Assembly: GCA_902475525.1 (NCBI GenBank)
Contig: CABRZS010000006.1
Coordinates: 44,260 to 108,259, forward strand
Reading direction: 5' to 3'
From: an uncultured Collinsella sp.
GTDB taxonomy: Bacteria > Actinomycetota > Coriobacteriia > Coriobacteriales > Coriobacteriaceae
DNA length: 64,000 nucleotides
The notes below the pieces were generated by a model. That model had not been told where the DNA came from. It searched no databases and saw nothing but the letters and a program-made list of their open reading frames with translations. Positions 55,307 to 64,000 of this stretch are shown here, piece after piece; position 1 is the first letter of the stretch, and each line of letters opens with the position of its first letter. Both the position numbers and the translations under genes were made by a program.

Positions 55307-55336
55307 CGCGAGGCGTCCGCGCTCAAAGATAGCGAT

Positions 55337-55381
55337 GACAACAAGACCCTCCTCGGCTGTGCCGGGGAGGGTCTTGTTGTC
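55337..55381 (+). terminator. Terminator-like hairpin after the birA-like gene
   Basis: ACAACAAGACCCTCC / GGAGGGTCTTGTTGT. Confidence 0.7.
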
Positions 55382-55402
55382 TGGGGAATGGGTTGTCAGC
55401 AC

Positions 55403-55444
55403 CCTATTCCTCAAAACTGAATAATTTTCGTTTTTGAGGAATAG
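55403..55444. repeat. 42-bp palindromic direct repeat, copy 1
   Basis: CCTATTCCTCAAAA..TTTTGAGGAATAG; 40/42 identical to 56676-56717. Confidence 0.92.
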
Positions 55445-55470
55445 CGATAGAAGACCGCAGGGAGGCACCA

Positions 55471-56667
55471 ATGAAACTCATCAATAGAACGTCATATATG
55501 GACACGTTGACGAGCCTTATTGGCGTACCGGACATCAAGGTCATAACGGGCATTCGCCGTAGCGGTAAGTCAAAATTGCTCGAGGCCCTCCGCGATTACG
55601 TGGAGGCAAATCTGTCCAATTCGAATGTCATCCATATCAATTACAACCTCGACGAGTTCGAGGGCCTGCTCGAATATCATGCCCTGCTCGCCTATGTGAA
55701 AGAGCATCGAGTGTCCGACAAGCAAAACTTCCTGCTTATCCACGAGGTTCAGATGTGCGACGGCTTTGAACGCGCGATCAACAGCCTCCATGCATCCGAG
55801 CAGTACGACATCTTCATCACCGGATCGAACGCCTTTTTGCTGTCGAGCGATCTGTCGACGCTCTTTACGGGGCGCACGTTCGAGATCGAGGTTTTCCCAT
55901 TCTCGTTTGAGGAGTATCGCCTCTATAGTGACGAGGGCGAGGTCGATCGCGACTTCGGTGAGTACGCGAGAACCGGCGGTATGTCCGGCTCTTACCCTTA
56001 TCCACTGCAGGAGCAGCGCTACCAATATCTCTCCAATGTCTTCAAGACGCTCATCGTGAGGGATATCGTGCAGCGGCATAACGTGAGAAACGAATCGGCA
56101 CTGCTGCGCATTGCCGTTTACATGATGGACAACGTCTCCAACATAACGTCGGCACGCAACATTACAGATGTTTTGAATGCGGATGGGCTAAAGATTACGA
56201 ACAAGACGGTCGGCACGTACATGGGGTACCTGTGCGATGCGCTTGCCTTCTATAAAGTTCGTCGGTACGACATTCGCGGCAAAAAATACCTTAAGAGCGG
56301 CGAGAAGTATTACCTGGCAGACCACGCGTTCAAATACGCACTGCTTGGTACACGTGATATGGATTGGGAACGCGTATACGAGAACATGGTGGCCATCGAG
56401 CTGCTGCGCCGCGGATACGAGGTATACGTCGGTGTGCTCTATAAAAAGGAAATAGACTTTGTAGCAATCAAGCGAAGCGAGAAGCTCTACATTCAGGTGA
56501 GCGACGACATCAGCTCGGATAAGACGTTTGAACGCGAGATTTCGGCACTGCTGAGCATTGGCGATGCGTATCCCAAGATGATTCTTGCCCGCACGCATCA
56601 CGAGGCCACGGATCGCGATGGGGTGCAGATCGTGGACCTGGCGAGGTGGTTGTGCGGCGAGGCTTAG
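55471..56667 (+). CDS. AAA_14 / DUF4143-type ATPase with C-terminal restriction-endonuclease-like domain
   Basis: GIRRSGKS Walker A, ITGSN, KYYLAD, YENMV, EIDFV..YIQV; Walker B reads LLIHEVQ. Confidence 0.85.
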   Translation: MKLINRTSYMDTLTSLIGVPDIKVITGIRRSGKSKLLEALRDYVEANLSNSNVIHINYNLDEFEGLLEYHALLAYVKEHRVSDKQNFLLIHEVQMCDGFERAINSLHASEQYDIFITGSNAFLLSSDLSTLFTGRTFEIEVFPFSFEEYRLYSDEGEVDRDFGEYARTGGMSGSYPYPLQEQRYQYLSNVFKTLIVRDIVQRHNVRNESALLRIAVYMMDNVSNITSARNITDVLNADGLKITNKTVGTYMGYLCDALAFYKVRRYDIRGKKYLKSGEKYYLADHAFKYALLGTRDMDWERVYENMVAIELLRRGYEVYVGVLYKKEIDFVAIKRSEKLYIQVSDDISSDKTFEREISALLSIGDAYPKMILARTHHEATDRDGVQIVDLARWLCGEA

Positions 56668-56675
56668 CAAAAAAT

Positions 56676-56717
56676 CCTATTCCTCAAAACTGAAAAATTT
56701 TCGATTTTGAGGAATAG
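56676..56717. repeat. 42-bp palindromic direct repeat, copy 2
   Basis: Begins 8 nt after the ATPase stop codon. Confidence 0.92.
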
Positions 56718-56752
56718 GATTGGCGGCTGGTTGCTGCGACCTGGCGTTTACT

Positions 56753-57526
56753 CTATCCCAGCTCCTGCATGCGGCGGTAGATTTCGCAGATGCCCTTGAT
56801 GGTGAGTTGCCCGTCGACCACGTCGAAGGCATCGGTCGAATCGGCGACAATGCCGGCGAGACCGCCTGTGGCGATAACGGTGGCATCCTCGCGGCCCAGC
56901 TCGCGCTTCATGCGCGCGATCAGGCCCTCGGCCATGGCGGCGGCGCCCATCACGGCGCCCACCTTGATGCACTCCTCGGTATCGCGGCCGATGGCATGCT
57001 CGGGCGCCTCGAGCGGAACGCTGGCGAGCTTGGCGGCTCGGGCGGCGAGCGCGTCCATCGAAATGCGGATGCCCGGCGCAATCGCTCCGCCAATGTAATA
57101 ACCGTCCTCATCGATGACATCGATATTGGTCGCGGTGCCAAAGTCCACCACGATTGCCGGCGCGCCGTAGAAAGTTTCAGCTGCGACGGCGTTGGCGACG
57201 CGGTCGGCACCTACGGCCTGGGGGCGCGCCGCGCGCAGCTTGGTCACGGCGGCCGTCTGCGGCCCAATGACGATGGCGTCCGCCGCGATGCGGTCGGCCA
57301 CGGCGTGCCACTCGCGCGAGAGCTGCGGCACCACGCCAGCAAAGGCAATCGCGTCGACCGCGTCGAGTGAGAGGCCGTACATCTTAAAGAAACCCATCAG
57401 GCGCACGTGGATCTCGTCGGCGGTATAGGAGCGGTCGGTGGGCATGCGCCACGACTGCACCAGCTCGTCTCCGTCAAACAAGCCCATGGCCGTCTGCGTG
57501 TTTCCCATATCGATAGCGAGCAGCAT
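56753..57526 (-). CDS. coaX: Type III pantothenate kinase
   Basis: LAIDMGNT, VGADR, VVDFGTAT, GGAIAPG, ATGG. Confidence 0.95.
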   Translation of the reverse strand: MLLAIDMGNTQTAMGLFDGDELVQSWRMPTDRSYTADEIHVRLMGFFKMYGLSLDAVDAIAFAGVVPQLSREWHAVADRIAADAIVIGPQTAAVTKLRAARPQAVGADRVANAVAAETFYGAPAIVVDFGTATNIDVIDEDGYYIGGAIAPGIRISMDALAARAAKLASVPLEAPEHAIGRDTEECIKVGAVMGAAAMAEGLIARMKRELGREDATVIATGGLAGIVADSTDAFDVVDGQLTIKGICEIYRRMQELG

Positions 57527-57722
57527 GTCTACTCCCGGTGTCGGCATAAAAGGACGCGCACCATTGTATACGTGCCGTCGACGGCGCTCGGCTGCGATTC
57601 GTTTACGGTGATAGGGGCTGAGGGGTTTAAATATGAAGGAATTATGCTCTACGAGATTTTCCTTGCCGTTTACCGAACTCCCACGTAATATTCTTTCTTG
57701 CGCACATGAGGCGCCCAGACAT

Positions 57723-57799
57723 TGCGGGGTGGAGCAGTCTGGTAGCTCGCCGGGCTCATAACCCGGAGGTCGTAGGTTCAAATCCTGCCCCCGCGACCA
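57723..57799 (+). tRNA. tRNA-Met (CAT), initiator type
   Basis: CAT anticodon, three consecutive G-C pairs in the anticodon stem, A11-U24, encoded CCA. Confidence 0.93.
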
Positions 57800-57808
57800 A
57801 GAACTTGC

Positions 57809-57838
57809 AGCTCGTCGGCCTAGCCGGCGAGCTTTTTT
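57809..57838 (+). terminator. Terminator after tRNA-fMet
   Basis: AGCTCGTCGGC / GCCGGCGAGCT + T-run. Confidence 0.8.
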
Positions 57839-57889
57839 GTTATTCCGGGACCGTGTTTTTCGGTCCAATTCTCAGCCTCTCAAACAAAA

Positions 57890-58105
57890 TCTCGATCTGT
57901 AACATCTAGACCCGATTTGGACGGCTAGGTGTTACAGATTGAGATGTTTCGGCAGGACGGTCTTCGTTTGTCTAAATCTGTAACACGAGGGACGGTTTTT
58001 ACTGAGTAACTGTTACAGATCTAGATCTTTCGGCGGGCTAGATTGGTTTGTCTCAATCTGTAACAGTTGCTCGGCAAAATAGGGTCTTACTGTTACAGAT
58101 CGAGA
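57890..58105. repeat. 216-bp array B: six alternately oriented 15-mers with 25/26/25/25/25-nt spacers
   Basis: Arms start at 57890, 57930, 57971, 58011, 58051, 58091; same family as 38952-39167. Confidence 0.92.
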
Positions 58106-58241
58106 CAAACCGACGGGCCGCCCCGCCCCATCCACCTGCCGCTACCTGCTGTCTGCCGATTTCCGTTGCGCCACTGTGCTCCCATGCCATATCCTCTAGA
58201 CAACTACGCGGCAACATCGCCGCCGCGCCTACAAGAGAGGA

Positions 58242-60278
58242 ATGTCCATGACCGCACCCGCATCCAAGCTGCTCCAGCCCATTACGGTTGGCCCCCTTGA
58301 GCTCAAAAACCGCATTATGTTCCCGCCGCTGACCACCGGCTACGAGGAACGCGACGGTTCCATCGGCGAGCGCAGCCTGGCCTTTTACGAGCGCCTGGCC
58401 CGTGGCGGCGTGAGCTACATCGTCATCGGCGACGTTGCTCCCGTTATGACCGCAAGCCCCACGCCCAAGTTAGCGACCGACGCCCAGATCCCCACGTTTA
58501 AGGCGCTGGCCGACGCCGTTCACAAGCACGGCGCCAAGGTCGCGCTGCAGCTGTTCCACCCCGAGTACGACGTGCCCGGCGTCGGCCGCATGGTCATGGG
58601 TTCCATGGCCGCCGCCAAGGCCGCGCAGGAGGCCAAGGCCGCCGGCGACGAGGAGACCTTCGCCGCCAAGATGGCCGAGTCCAACGAGATCCGCAAGCAG
58701 GCATATGCCAAGCTGCACCACGACATGCAGCACTTTGTGAACGAGGCGAGCGTAGAGCAGCTCACCCAGATCAAGGAGGCCATCGCTGCCTCGGCCGCCC
58801 GCGCGCAGCAGGCCGGCATCGACGCCATCGAGGTCCACGGCGACCGTCTGGTGGGTTCGCTATGTTCGACCATCCTCAACAAGCGTACCGACGAGTACGG
58901 CGGTTCGTTCGAGAACCGCGTTCGCTATGCGCTCGAGGTCGTCGCCGCCATCAAGGAGGCCGCGCCGCAGCTGATGGTGGAGTACAAACTGCCCGTGATC
59001 ATGGAGAACCCCGACGGCACGCCGCGCGGCAAGGGCGGCCTGCAGCCCGACGAGGCCTGCGAGTTTGCCAAGCTGCTCGAGGGCGCCGGCATCGACATGA
59101 TCCAGGTTGCGCAGGCCAACCATACCGGCAACATGGGCGACACCATTCCGCCCATGGGCGCCATGCCCTACAACTGGACGCTGCCCGTGGCTGAGCGCGT
59201 CAAGGCCCTGGTCTCCGTGCCGGTGGCAACCGTCGGCCGCGTGGTTTCGGTCGAGGCCGGCGAGAAGATTCTGGAAGACGGCGCGGCCGACATCGTCGCG
59301 TACGGCCGCTCGCTCATGTGCGACCCCGACATTGCGCTCAAGGCCGCCACGGGCGAGCCCATCCGCGAGTGCCTCAACTGCAACAAGGGCTGCGTCGACG
59401 CGATCCAAAACCGCAAATACATCTCGTGCGTGCTCAATGCCGAGAACGGCGACGAGGCGACCATCGCCATTAAGCCGGGCGAGGGCGACAAGAAGATCGC
59501 CGTGGTGGGCGGCGGTATTGCCGGCCTGGAGGCCGCGCGCGTGGCGGCCAAGCGCGGCTACGACGTGACCGTCTACGAGGCGAGCGACCATCTGGGCGGC
59601 CAGATTGTGCTGGCAGCCGCGCCTCCGCGCAAGGACGAGATCATGCGCTCGGTGGAGTATTACGAGAAGATTCTGCCCGGCCTGGGCGTGAAGGTTGAGC
59701 TCAACCACGCCGCTACGGCCGAGGACCTCAACGCCGCCGACGCCGCGATTGTGGCCGTGGGCGCACACGACGTGGTCATTCCCGTATCCGGTGCCGATTC
59801 GGACAAGGTCGTCTCGAGCTGGGACGTGCTGGCCGGCAAGGCGGAGCTTACGGGCCGCGTCGCCGTTATCGGCGGCGGCCTGGTGGGCACCGAGACTGCC
59901 GAGTACCTGCTGCAGCACGGCTGCGAGGTGGCGATTGTCGAGATGCTCGACAAGATTGCCGCTGGCGAGTCCGAGACCATTCTGCCGCTGATCATGAGCG
60001 ACTTTGCCGCCCGCAACGTGGAACAGCACGTTAAGACCCGCCTGACCGCCATTACCGACGAGGGCGTGGAGGCCGTGCACACCACCGAGGACGGTGCCGA
60101 GGAGCCGGTGAAGATCGCCTGCGATTACGTGGTGATGGCCGTGGGCTCCAAGGCCAACGCGTTTGACTTGGACGGCGTAACAGTGCCCGTGACCTGCGTG
60201 GGCGACTGCTCGGGCGAGCGCACCGCCGACATCGCGAGCGCCATTCGCACGGCATATCACGCGGCCAACGAGCTGTAG
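58242..60278 (+). CDS. bilR: OYE-family Fe-S flavoenzyme; probable bilirubin reductase, long form
   Basis: TIM-barrel OYE domain with EVHGDR, CLNCNKGC-x11-C Fe-S motif, two Rossmann GxG motifs; start could be 58248. Confidence 0.75.
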   Translation: MSMTAPASKLLQPITVGPLELKNRIMFPPLTTGYEERDGSIGERSLAFYERLARGGVSYIVIGDVAPVMTASPTPKLATDAQIPTFKALADAVHKHGAKVALQLFHPEYDVPGVGRMVMGSMAAAKAAQEAKAAGDEETFAAKMAESNEIRKQAYAKLHHDMQHFVNEASVEQLTQIKEAIAASAARAQQAGIDAIEVHGDRLVGSLCSTILNKRTDEYGGSFENRVRYALEVVAAIKEAAPQLMVEYKLPVIMENPDGTPRGKGGLQPDEACEFAKLLEGAGIDMIQVAQANHTGNMGDTIPPMGAMPYNWTLPVAERVKALVSVPVATVGRVVSVEAGEKILEDGAADIVAYGRSLMCDPDIALKAATGEPIRECLNCNKGCVDAIQNRKYISCVLNAENGDEATIAIKPGEGDKKIAVVGGGIAGLEAARVAAKRGYDVTVYEASDHLGGQIVLAAAPPRKDEIMRSVEYYEKILPGLGVKVELNHAATAEDLNAADAAIVAVGAHDVVIPVSGADSDKVVSSWDVLAGKAELTGRVAVIGGGLVGTETAEYLLQHGCEVAIVEMLDKIAAGESETILPLIMSDFAARNVEQHVKTRLTAITDEGVEAVHTTEDGAEEPVKIACDYVVMAVGSKANAFDLDGVTVPVTCVGDCSGERTADIASAIRTAYHAANEL

Positions 60279-60352
60279 TTGAACATCGCGGCCAGGCGGG
60301 GCGGTAGCACGGATCCGTCTCGCCCGGCTGTGTCCCGTCGGGTGTCAACCGG

Positions 60353-60395
60353 TGCGGGGCCTGCAAGCGCAGCAGGTCCCGCCCTTTTTGTTTTG
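60353..60395 (+). terminator. Terminator after the bilR-like gene
   Basis: GCGGGGCCTGC / GCAGGTCCCGC + T-runs. Confidence 0.7.
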
Positions 60396-60727
60396 CTCCG
60401 GTGGATGGCAATGCGCGGTAATCATGAGGAGCGAGGACGTCTACTGCCTCGCAGATCACTTAAAATTATTGGGGGAGGGGTTAATAACTATATCCTCTAT
60501 ACCAAAGGACCTAAAGAGATGCCAATTTTGTTGACAAGCGAATGACGATTAGCTGTGAGCCAGCTACCAGCGTAAATAATCGATAAAGAAATGACGTAAT
60601 TTGGTGCCAAATGCCCAGATAACGCCGCGTCTATTTTAATTAACTGCTTTGAGCAAACAGTAAAATGCTACTATCTAACTTGCACGTAAGAAAGCAGATT
60701 AACGGTTAAGGCTAAGAAGTGGCAGGT

Positions 60728-61123
60728 ATGTCGGAAGCAACTAGGACTCGCACGCATGCGCCCGAGGTCAGGCAGCGCGCCGTCGAGATCCTCCAAGAGG
60801 GGGTCGGTCATCGCGCCCTCGCCGCGGAGCTTGGCATTCCCCAGGCCACGGCTCGTCAGTGGGCCCGCGCGTATGCCGTGGGCGGTGCCGACGCCGTTCT
60901 CAACGCCGGTTCGCATCATCGCACCTATTCGTACGAAGTTAAGCTCGCCGTGGTCAAGGACCGCTTGGAAAACGGCTTAACGGTTCGCGAGGCCATGATC
61001 AAGCACAAGATTCCCAGCGAGTCTTCGGTCAAGGCTTGGTGCCGCCAGTACCGCGAGAGCGGTGAGTCCGCGCTGGTTGATAAGCCGCGCGGTCGCAAGC
61101 CGCGCGTTAAAAAGGCGGAATAG
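60728..61123 (+). CDS. Double-HTH protein resembling IS3/IS150 OrfA, with no OrfB
   Basis: Two HTH units (..ARQWARAY.., YSYEVKLAVV..VKAWCRQYRESGESAL..RGRKPR). Confidence 0.75.
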   Translation: MSEATRTRTHAPEVRQRAVEILQEGVGHRALAAELGIPQATARQWARAYAVGGADAVLNAGSHHRTYSYEVKLAVVKDRLENGLTVREAMIKHKIPSESSVKAWCRQYRESGESALVDKPRGRKPRVKKAE

Positions 61124-61410
61124 CGAACGGGATGGTGCGCCCACAGGGGCGCATTTTTCTTGCCGCGCCAACTTCTTGGACCGTCGTGAGCCTACTGGAA
61201 CATCCTCCAAAGTGGTTAATAAACCGCGCGCAGTGGCCCGTGCGTCCGCCGCCGCGATAGGGGGAGCGTCGCCTCTCTGCTCCAAAGCGGACAGACTCCT
61301 TACCCCGTACGCCTAAAACTCCCCAGTTGACCGAAAACCCGCCGCCGCTACTCCTCAACTGAGCTATAACGTTAAACAATTGCAGCGTTTTTGCATGGGG
61401 GAGTGATGGT

Positions 61411-64000
61411 ATGACGCTACTGTATTTCCTTACCCTGTTTCCGCTGGTACCGGCGCTGGGCATGCTGCTCGCGCACGGTGACCGCGCCCGCGATGCGGTA
61501 GGGCTCGTAGGCTCCGGCATCATTATGGCGGTGACAGTTGTAGTCGCCGTCATGTTTTTTGGCACGGGTTCGCAGAGCTTCGAGGTGGCACCGGGCACCT
61601 CGCATGTGCTCTCGATCATCAGCTCCGTCATCGACGTAATTCTGTGCGCCGTCATCCTGTACAACGCGTTCAAATATAGGAACGCGCTTACCGGTGTGCT
61701 CGGCGTGGTGCAGCTGGTGGGTTCGGTTGCCTTCGCAGCCATGACGCTGCCCGCGGCCGAGGTCGTCACCGCCACCCCGCTCTACCTGGACTACATGAGC
61801 GTGATCATGGTCCTCGCCGTCGGTATTGTCGGCAGCCTAATCTGCGTATATGCCCTGGGTTACATGAAGGACTTCCAGGCCCACGACGAGCACGAGGCCG
61901 CGCTGCGCGGGCAGACCGCGCCCGACCGACGCCCGCAGTTCCTGGCGCTTATGTTCCTGTTCCTCTCGGCCATGTTCGTCATCGTGACAAGCGACAACCT
62001 TGAGTGGCTGTTCTGTGGCTGGGAAATCACCACCGTGTGCTCGTTCCTTATGATTGGCTACACGCGCACGCCCGAGGCCATCAAGAACGCCTTCACCCAG
62101 ATCATCCTCAACATGCTGGGCGGTATCGCGTTTTTGGCCGGACTTATGTACCTGCACGTTAACGGCATGCCGCTGACCATCTCGGGCATGATCGAGCTTT
62201 CCGGCACCGGAACCGCGCAATCCGCGCTGCTGGTGATGCCGGTCGTTCTGCTATCGCTCGCCGCGCTCACCAAGGCCGCGCAGATGCCGTTCCATACCTG
62301 GCTGCTCGGTGCTATGGTTGCCCCCACGCCCACGAGCGCCCTGCTGCACTCGTCCACCATGGTCAAGGCCGGCGTGTTCCTGATGGTCAAGCTGAGCCCG
62401 CTCTATGCCATCTATCCCGCGACTGGCTTTATGGTCACGAGTGTGGGTGCCATCACGTTTTTGCTCGCTGCCCTCATGGCCATCTCGCAGAGCAACGCCA
62501 AACGCGTGCTCGCGTACTCCACCATTTCCAACTTGGGCCTTATCAGCGCCTGCCTGGGCGTCGGCGCGCCCGAGGCCGTGTGGGCCGCGATCTTCCTGAT
62601 CCTGTTTCACACGGTGGCCAAGTCGCTGCTGTTCCTGTGCGTGGGCACCGCCGAGCATCATATCGGTAGCCGCAATATCGAGGACATGGACGGCATGTTC
62701 AGCCGCATGCCGCACCTGACGCGCCTGATGATGCTGGGCATTATGGGCATGTTCGTGGCCCCGTTTGGCATGCTCGTGTCCAAGTGGGGCGCCCTGGTGG
62801 CGTTTGCCCAGACCGGCAACGTGCTCATGATCATGGTGCTTGCCTTTGGCTCGGCCGCGACGTTCTTCTTCTGGGGCAAGTGGCTTGCCAAGCTTTCGGG
62901 CGTCGACCCCACGGCTCAAAACGTTGAGGTCAATGTCCATAAGACCGAATGGATGGCCCTCAACACCATCGCCGCGCTGCTGATTCTTTGCTGCGTGGCG
63001 TTCCCGCTCATCTCGAGCGGCCTGGTGTCGCCTTACTTGGCCATGGTGTTTGGCCGCGTGCCGTACGTTATTGGCAAGGACTCCATGTATCTGATGGTGG
63101 TTATCGTGGCGTTTATCGCCGTGGTGCTGCTGACTTCATTCCGCGTGAGCAACAAACCGCACGTCAACGTGTACCTTTCGGGTGTGGGGACCGATAAATA
63201 TCGCCATTTCCGTGGCTCGATGGGACACGAGGTGAAGGCCGAAAAGCGCAATTGGTACTCGGAGGACGCCCTTGGCGAGAAGCGTATTGGCCCCGCGGGT
63301 AGCGTCGTGTGTTGCAGCATTATCTTGTTTGCGCTGCTGTGTTGCGCGTGGATTGGGCCCGAGCGGCTTGCCATGAGCGCGCCCTCGGTGCTGCGCGGCA
63401 AGTATTTCGAAGGCTCGGGCGTCGTGGGCATTTTTATTGGCACCGTGGCGTTTGCTTTGCTGGCGCCGCTTGTGGGCGGCCTGATCGACGGCCTTGACCG
63501 TAAGCTTTCGGCTCGCATGCAGGGCCGCGTGGGTCCGCGTCTGCTGCAGCCCTTCTACGACGTTGCCAAACTGCTGCGCAAGGCCCCTGCCAGCGTAAAC
63601 ACCATGGACGATACCTATATGGCATGTGCGCTCATCTTTACCGTGGTAGGCGGCGGCATCTTTGTGTCGGGTTCCAACACGCTGCTGTGCGCTTTTATGG
63701 TGACGCTCGCCGCGATCTTTGTGGTGCTGGCGTCCGCCTCGACGCAAAGCCCGTTTGCGCAGGTCGGCGCCGATCGCGAGCTGCTGCAGGTTATGAGCTA
63801 CGAGCCCGCCGTTCTGCTGATGAGCGTGGGCCTGTACCTTGCCACCGACAGCTTCGATTCCATTGCCGTGACGGGGCAGTCAGCCCCCATCATCGTGTAC
63901 AGCGCGCCCATTTTCCTTGCGCTGCTCGCGGTGCTTACCATCAAGCTACGCAAGTCGCCGTTCGACCTTTCGTACTCGCATCACGCGCATCAGGAGATTG
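61411..64000 (+). CDS. Fused EchA(NuoL-like)-EchB(NuoH-like) membrane subunit of an energy-converting hydrogenase-type complex (3' end outside window)
   Basis: One frame from ATG 61411 to the window end: KAAQMPFHTWLLGAMVAPTPTSALLHSSTMVKAG, then DRKLSARMQGRVGP..QPFYDVAKL and KLRKSPFDLSYSHHAHQE; missing from the ORF track because it has no stop. Confidence 0.88.
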   Translation, partial: MTLLYFLTLFPLVPALGMLLAHGDRARDAVGLVGSGIIMAVTVVVAVMFFGTGSQSFEVAPGTSHVLSIISSVIDVILCAVILYNAFKYRNALTGVLGVVQLVGSVAFAAMTLPAAEVVTATPLYLDYMSVIMVLAVGIVGSLICVYALGYMKDFQAHDEHEAALRGQTAPDRRPQFLALMFLFLSAMFVIVTSDNLEWLFCGWEITTVCSFLMIGYTRTPEAIKNAFTQIILNMLGGIAFLAGLMYLHVNGMPLTISGMIELSGTGTAQSALLVMPVVLLSLAALTKAAQMPFHTWLLGAMVAPTPTSALLHSSTMVKAGVFLMVKLSPLYAIYPATGFMVTSVGAITFLLAALMAISQSNAKRVLAYSTISNLGLISACLGVGAPEAVWAAIFLILFHTVAKSLLFLCVGTAEHHIGSRNIEDMDGMFSRMPHLTRLMMLGIMGMFVAPFGMLVSKWGALVAFAQTGNVLMIMVLAFGSAATFFFWGKWLAKLSGVDPTAQNVEVNVHKTEWMALNTIAALLILCCVAFPLISSGLVSPYLAMVFGRVPYVIGKDSMYLMVVIVAFIAVVLLTSFRVSNKPHVNVYLSGVGTDKYRHFRGSMGHEVKAEKRNWYSEDALGEKRIGPAGSVVCCSIILFALLCCAWIGPERLAMSAPSVLRGKYFEGSGVVGIFIGTVAFALLAPLVGGLIDGLDRKLSARMQGRVGPRLLQPFYDVAKLLRKAPASVNTMDDTYMACALIFTVVGGGIFVSGSNTLLCAFMVTLAAIFVVLASASTQSPFAQVGADRELLQVMSYEPAVLLMSVGLYLATDSFDSIAVTGQSAPIIVYSAPIFLALLAVLTIKLRKSPFDLSYSHHAHQEI

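Noticed and set aside
60460..61400. Complete IS3-family element
   Set aside because: No OrfB transposase, frameshift-linked ORF or identifiable terminal inverted repeats
61107..63747. Minus-strand ORFs listed at the window end
   Set aside because: Antisense shadows of the plus-strand EchA-EchB frame starting at 61411

Overview
High-GC bacterial chromosome segment. Gene content and repeat style suggest a gut Coriobacteriia such as Collinsella (inference). The backbone is housekeeping and metabolic: typA (5' truncated), two tRNA-Ser, rpsF-ssb-rpsR-rplI, dnaB, purA/purD, carAB, a GntR-linked mannose-family PTS, purE/F/M/N, a polar amino-acid ABC transporter, nfnAB(sudAB)-like oxidoreductase, pth-prs-glmU, a CbrT-like ECF transporter, xth, a sirtuin, a folP-folK fusion, a degenerate birA, coaX, tRNA-fMet, an HGDR-motif BilR-like reductase and a fused EchA-EchB-like membrane subunit (3' truncated). 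No CRISPR, integrase or intact IS is visible. The most striking unexplained signal is a rich set of intergenic palindromic elements with fixed geometry. (1) A Vsr/DUF559-like nuclease-fold gene is bracketed on both sides by ~200-bp elements that share ~25-bp terminal inverted repeats but have different interiors. (2) An AAA_14/DUF4143-like ATPase-nuclease gene is bracketed by a 42-bp palindromic direct repeat. (3) Two 216-bp arrays each carry six alternately oriented 15-mers with identical 25/26/25/25/25-nt spacing but different spacer sequences. (4) A stem plus ~19-nt GGGAC-loop family has about a dozen copies, and one ~200-bp inverted-repeat element sits in frame inside a gene. Together these suggest a possibly undescribed REP/REPIN-like system linked to PD-(D/E)XK-fold nucleases rather than to a RAYT transposase. 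This is a hypothesis: all family assignments were made by eye from motifs, not by database search.
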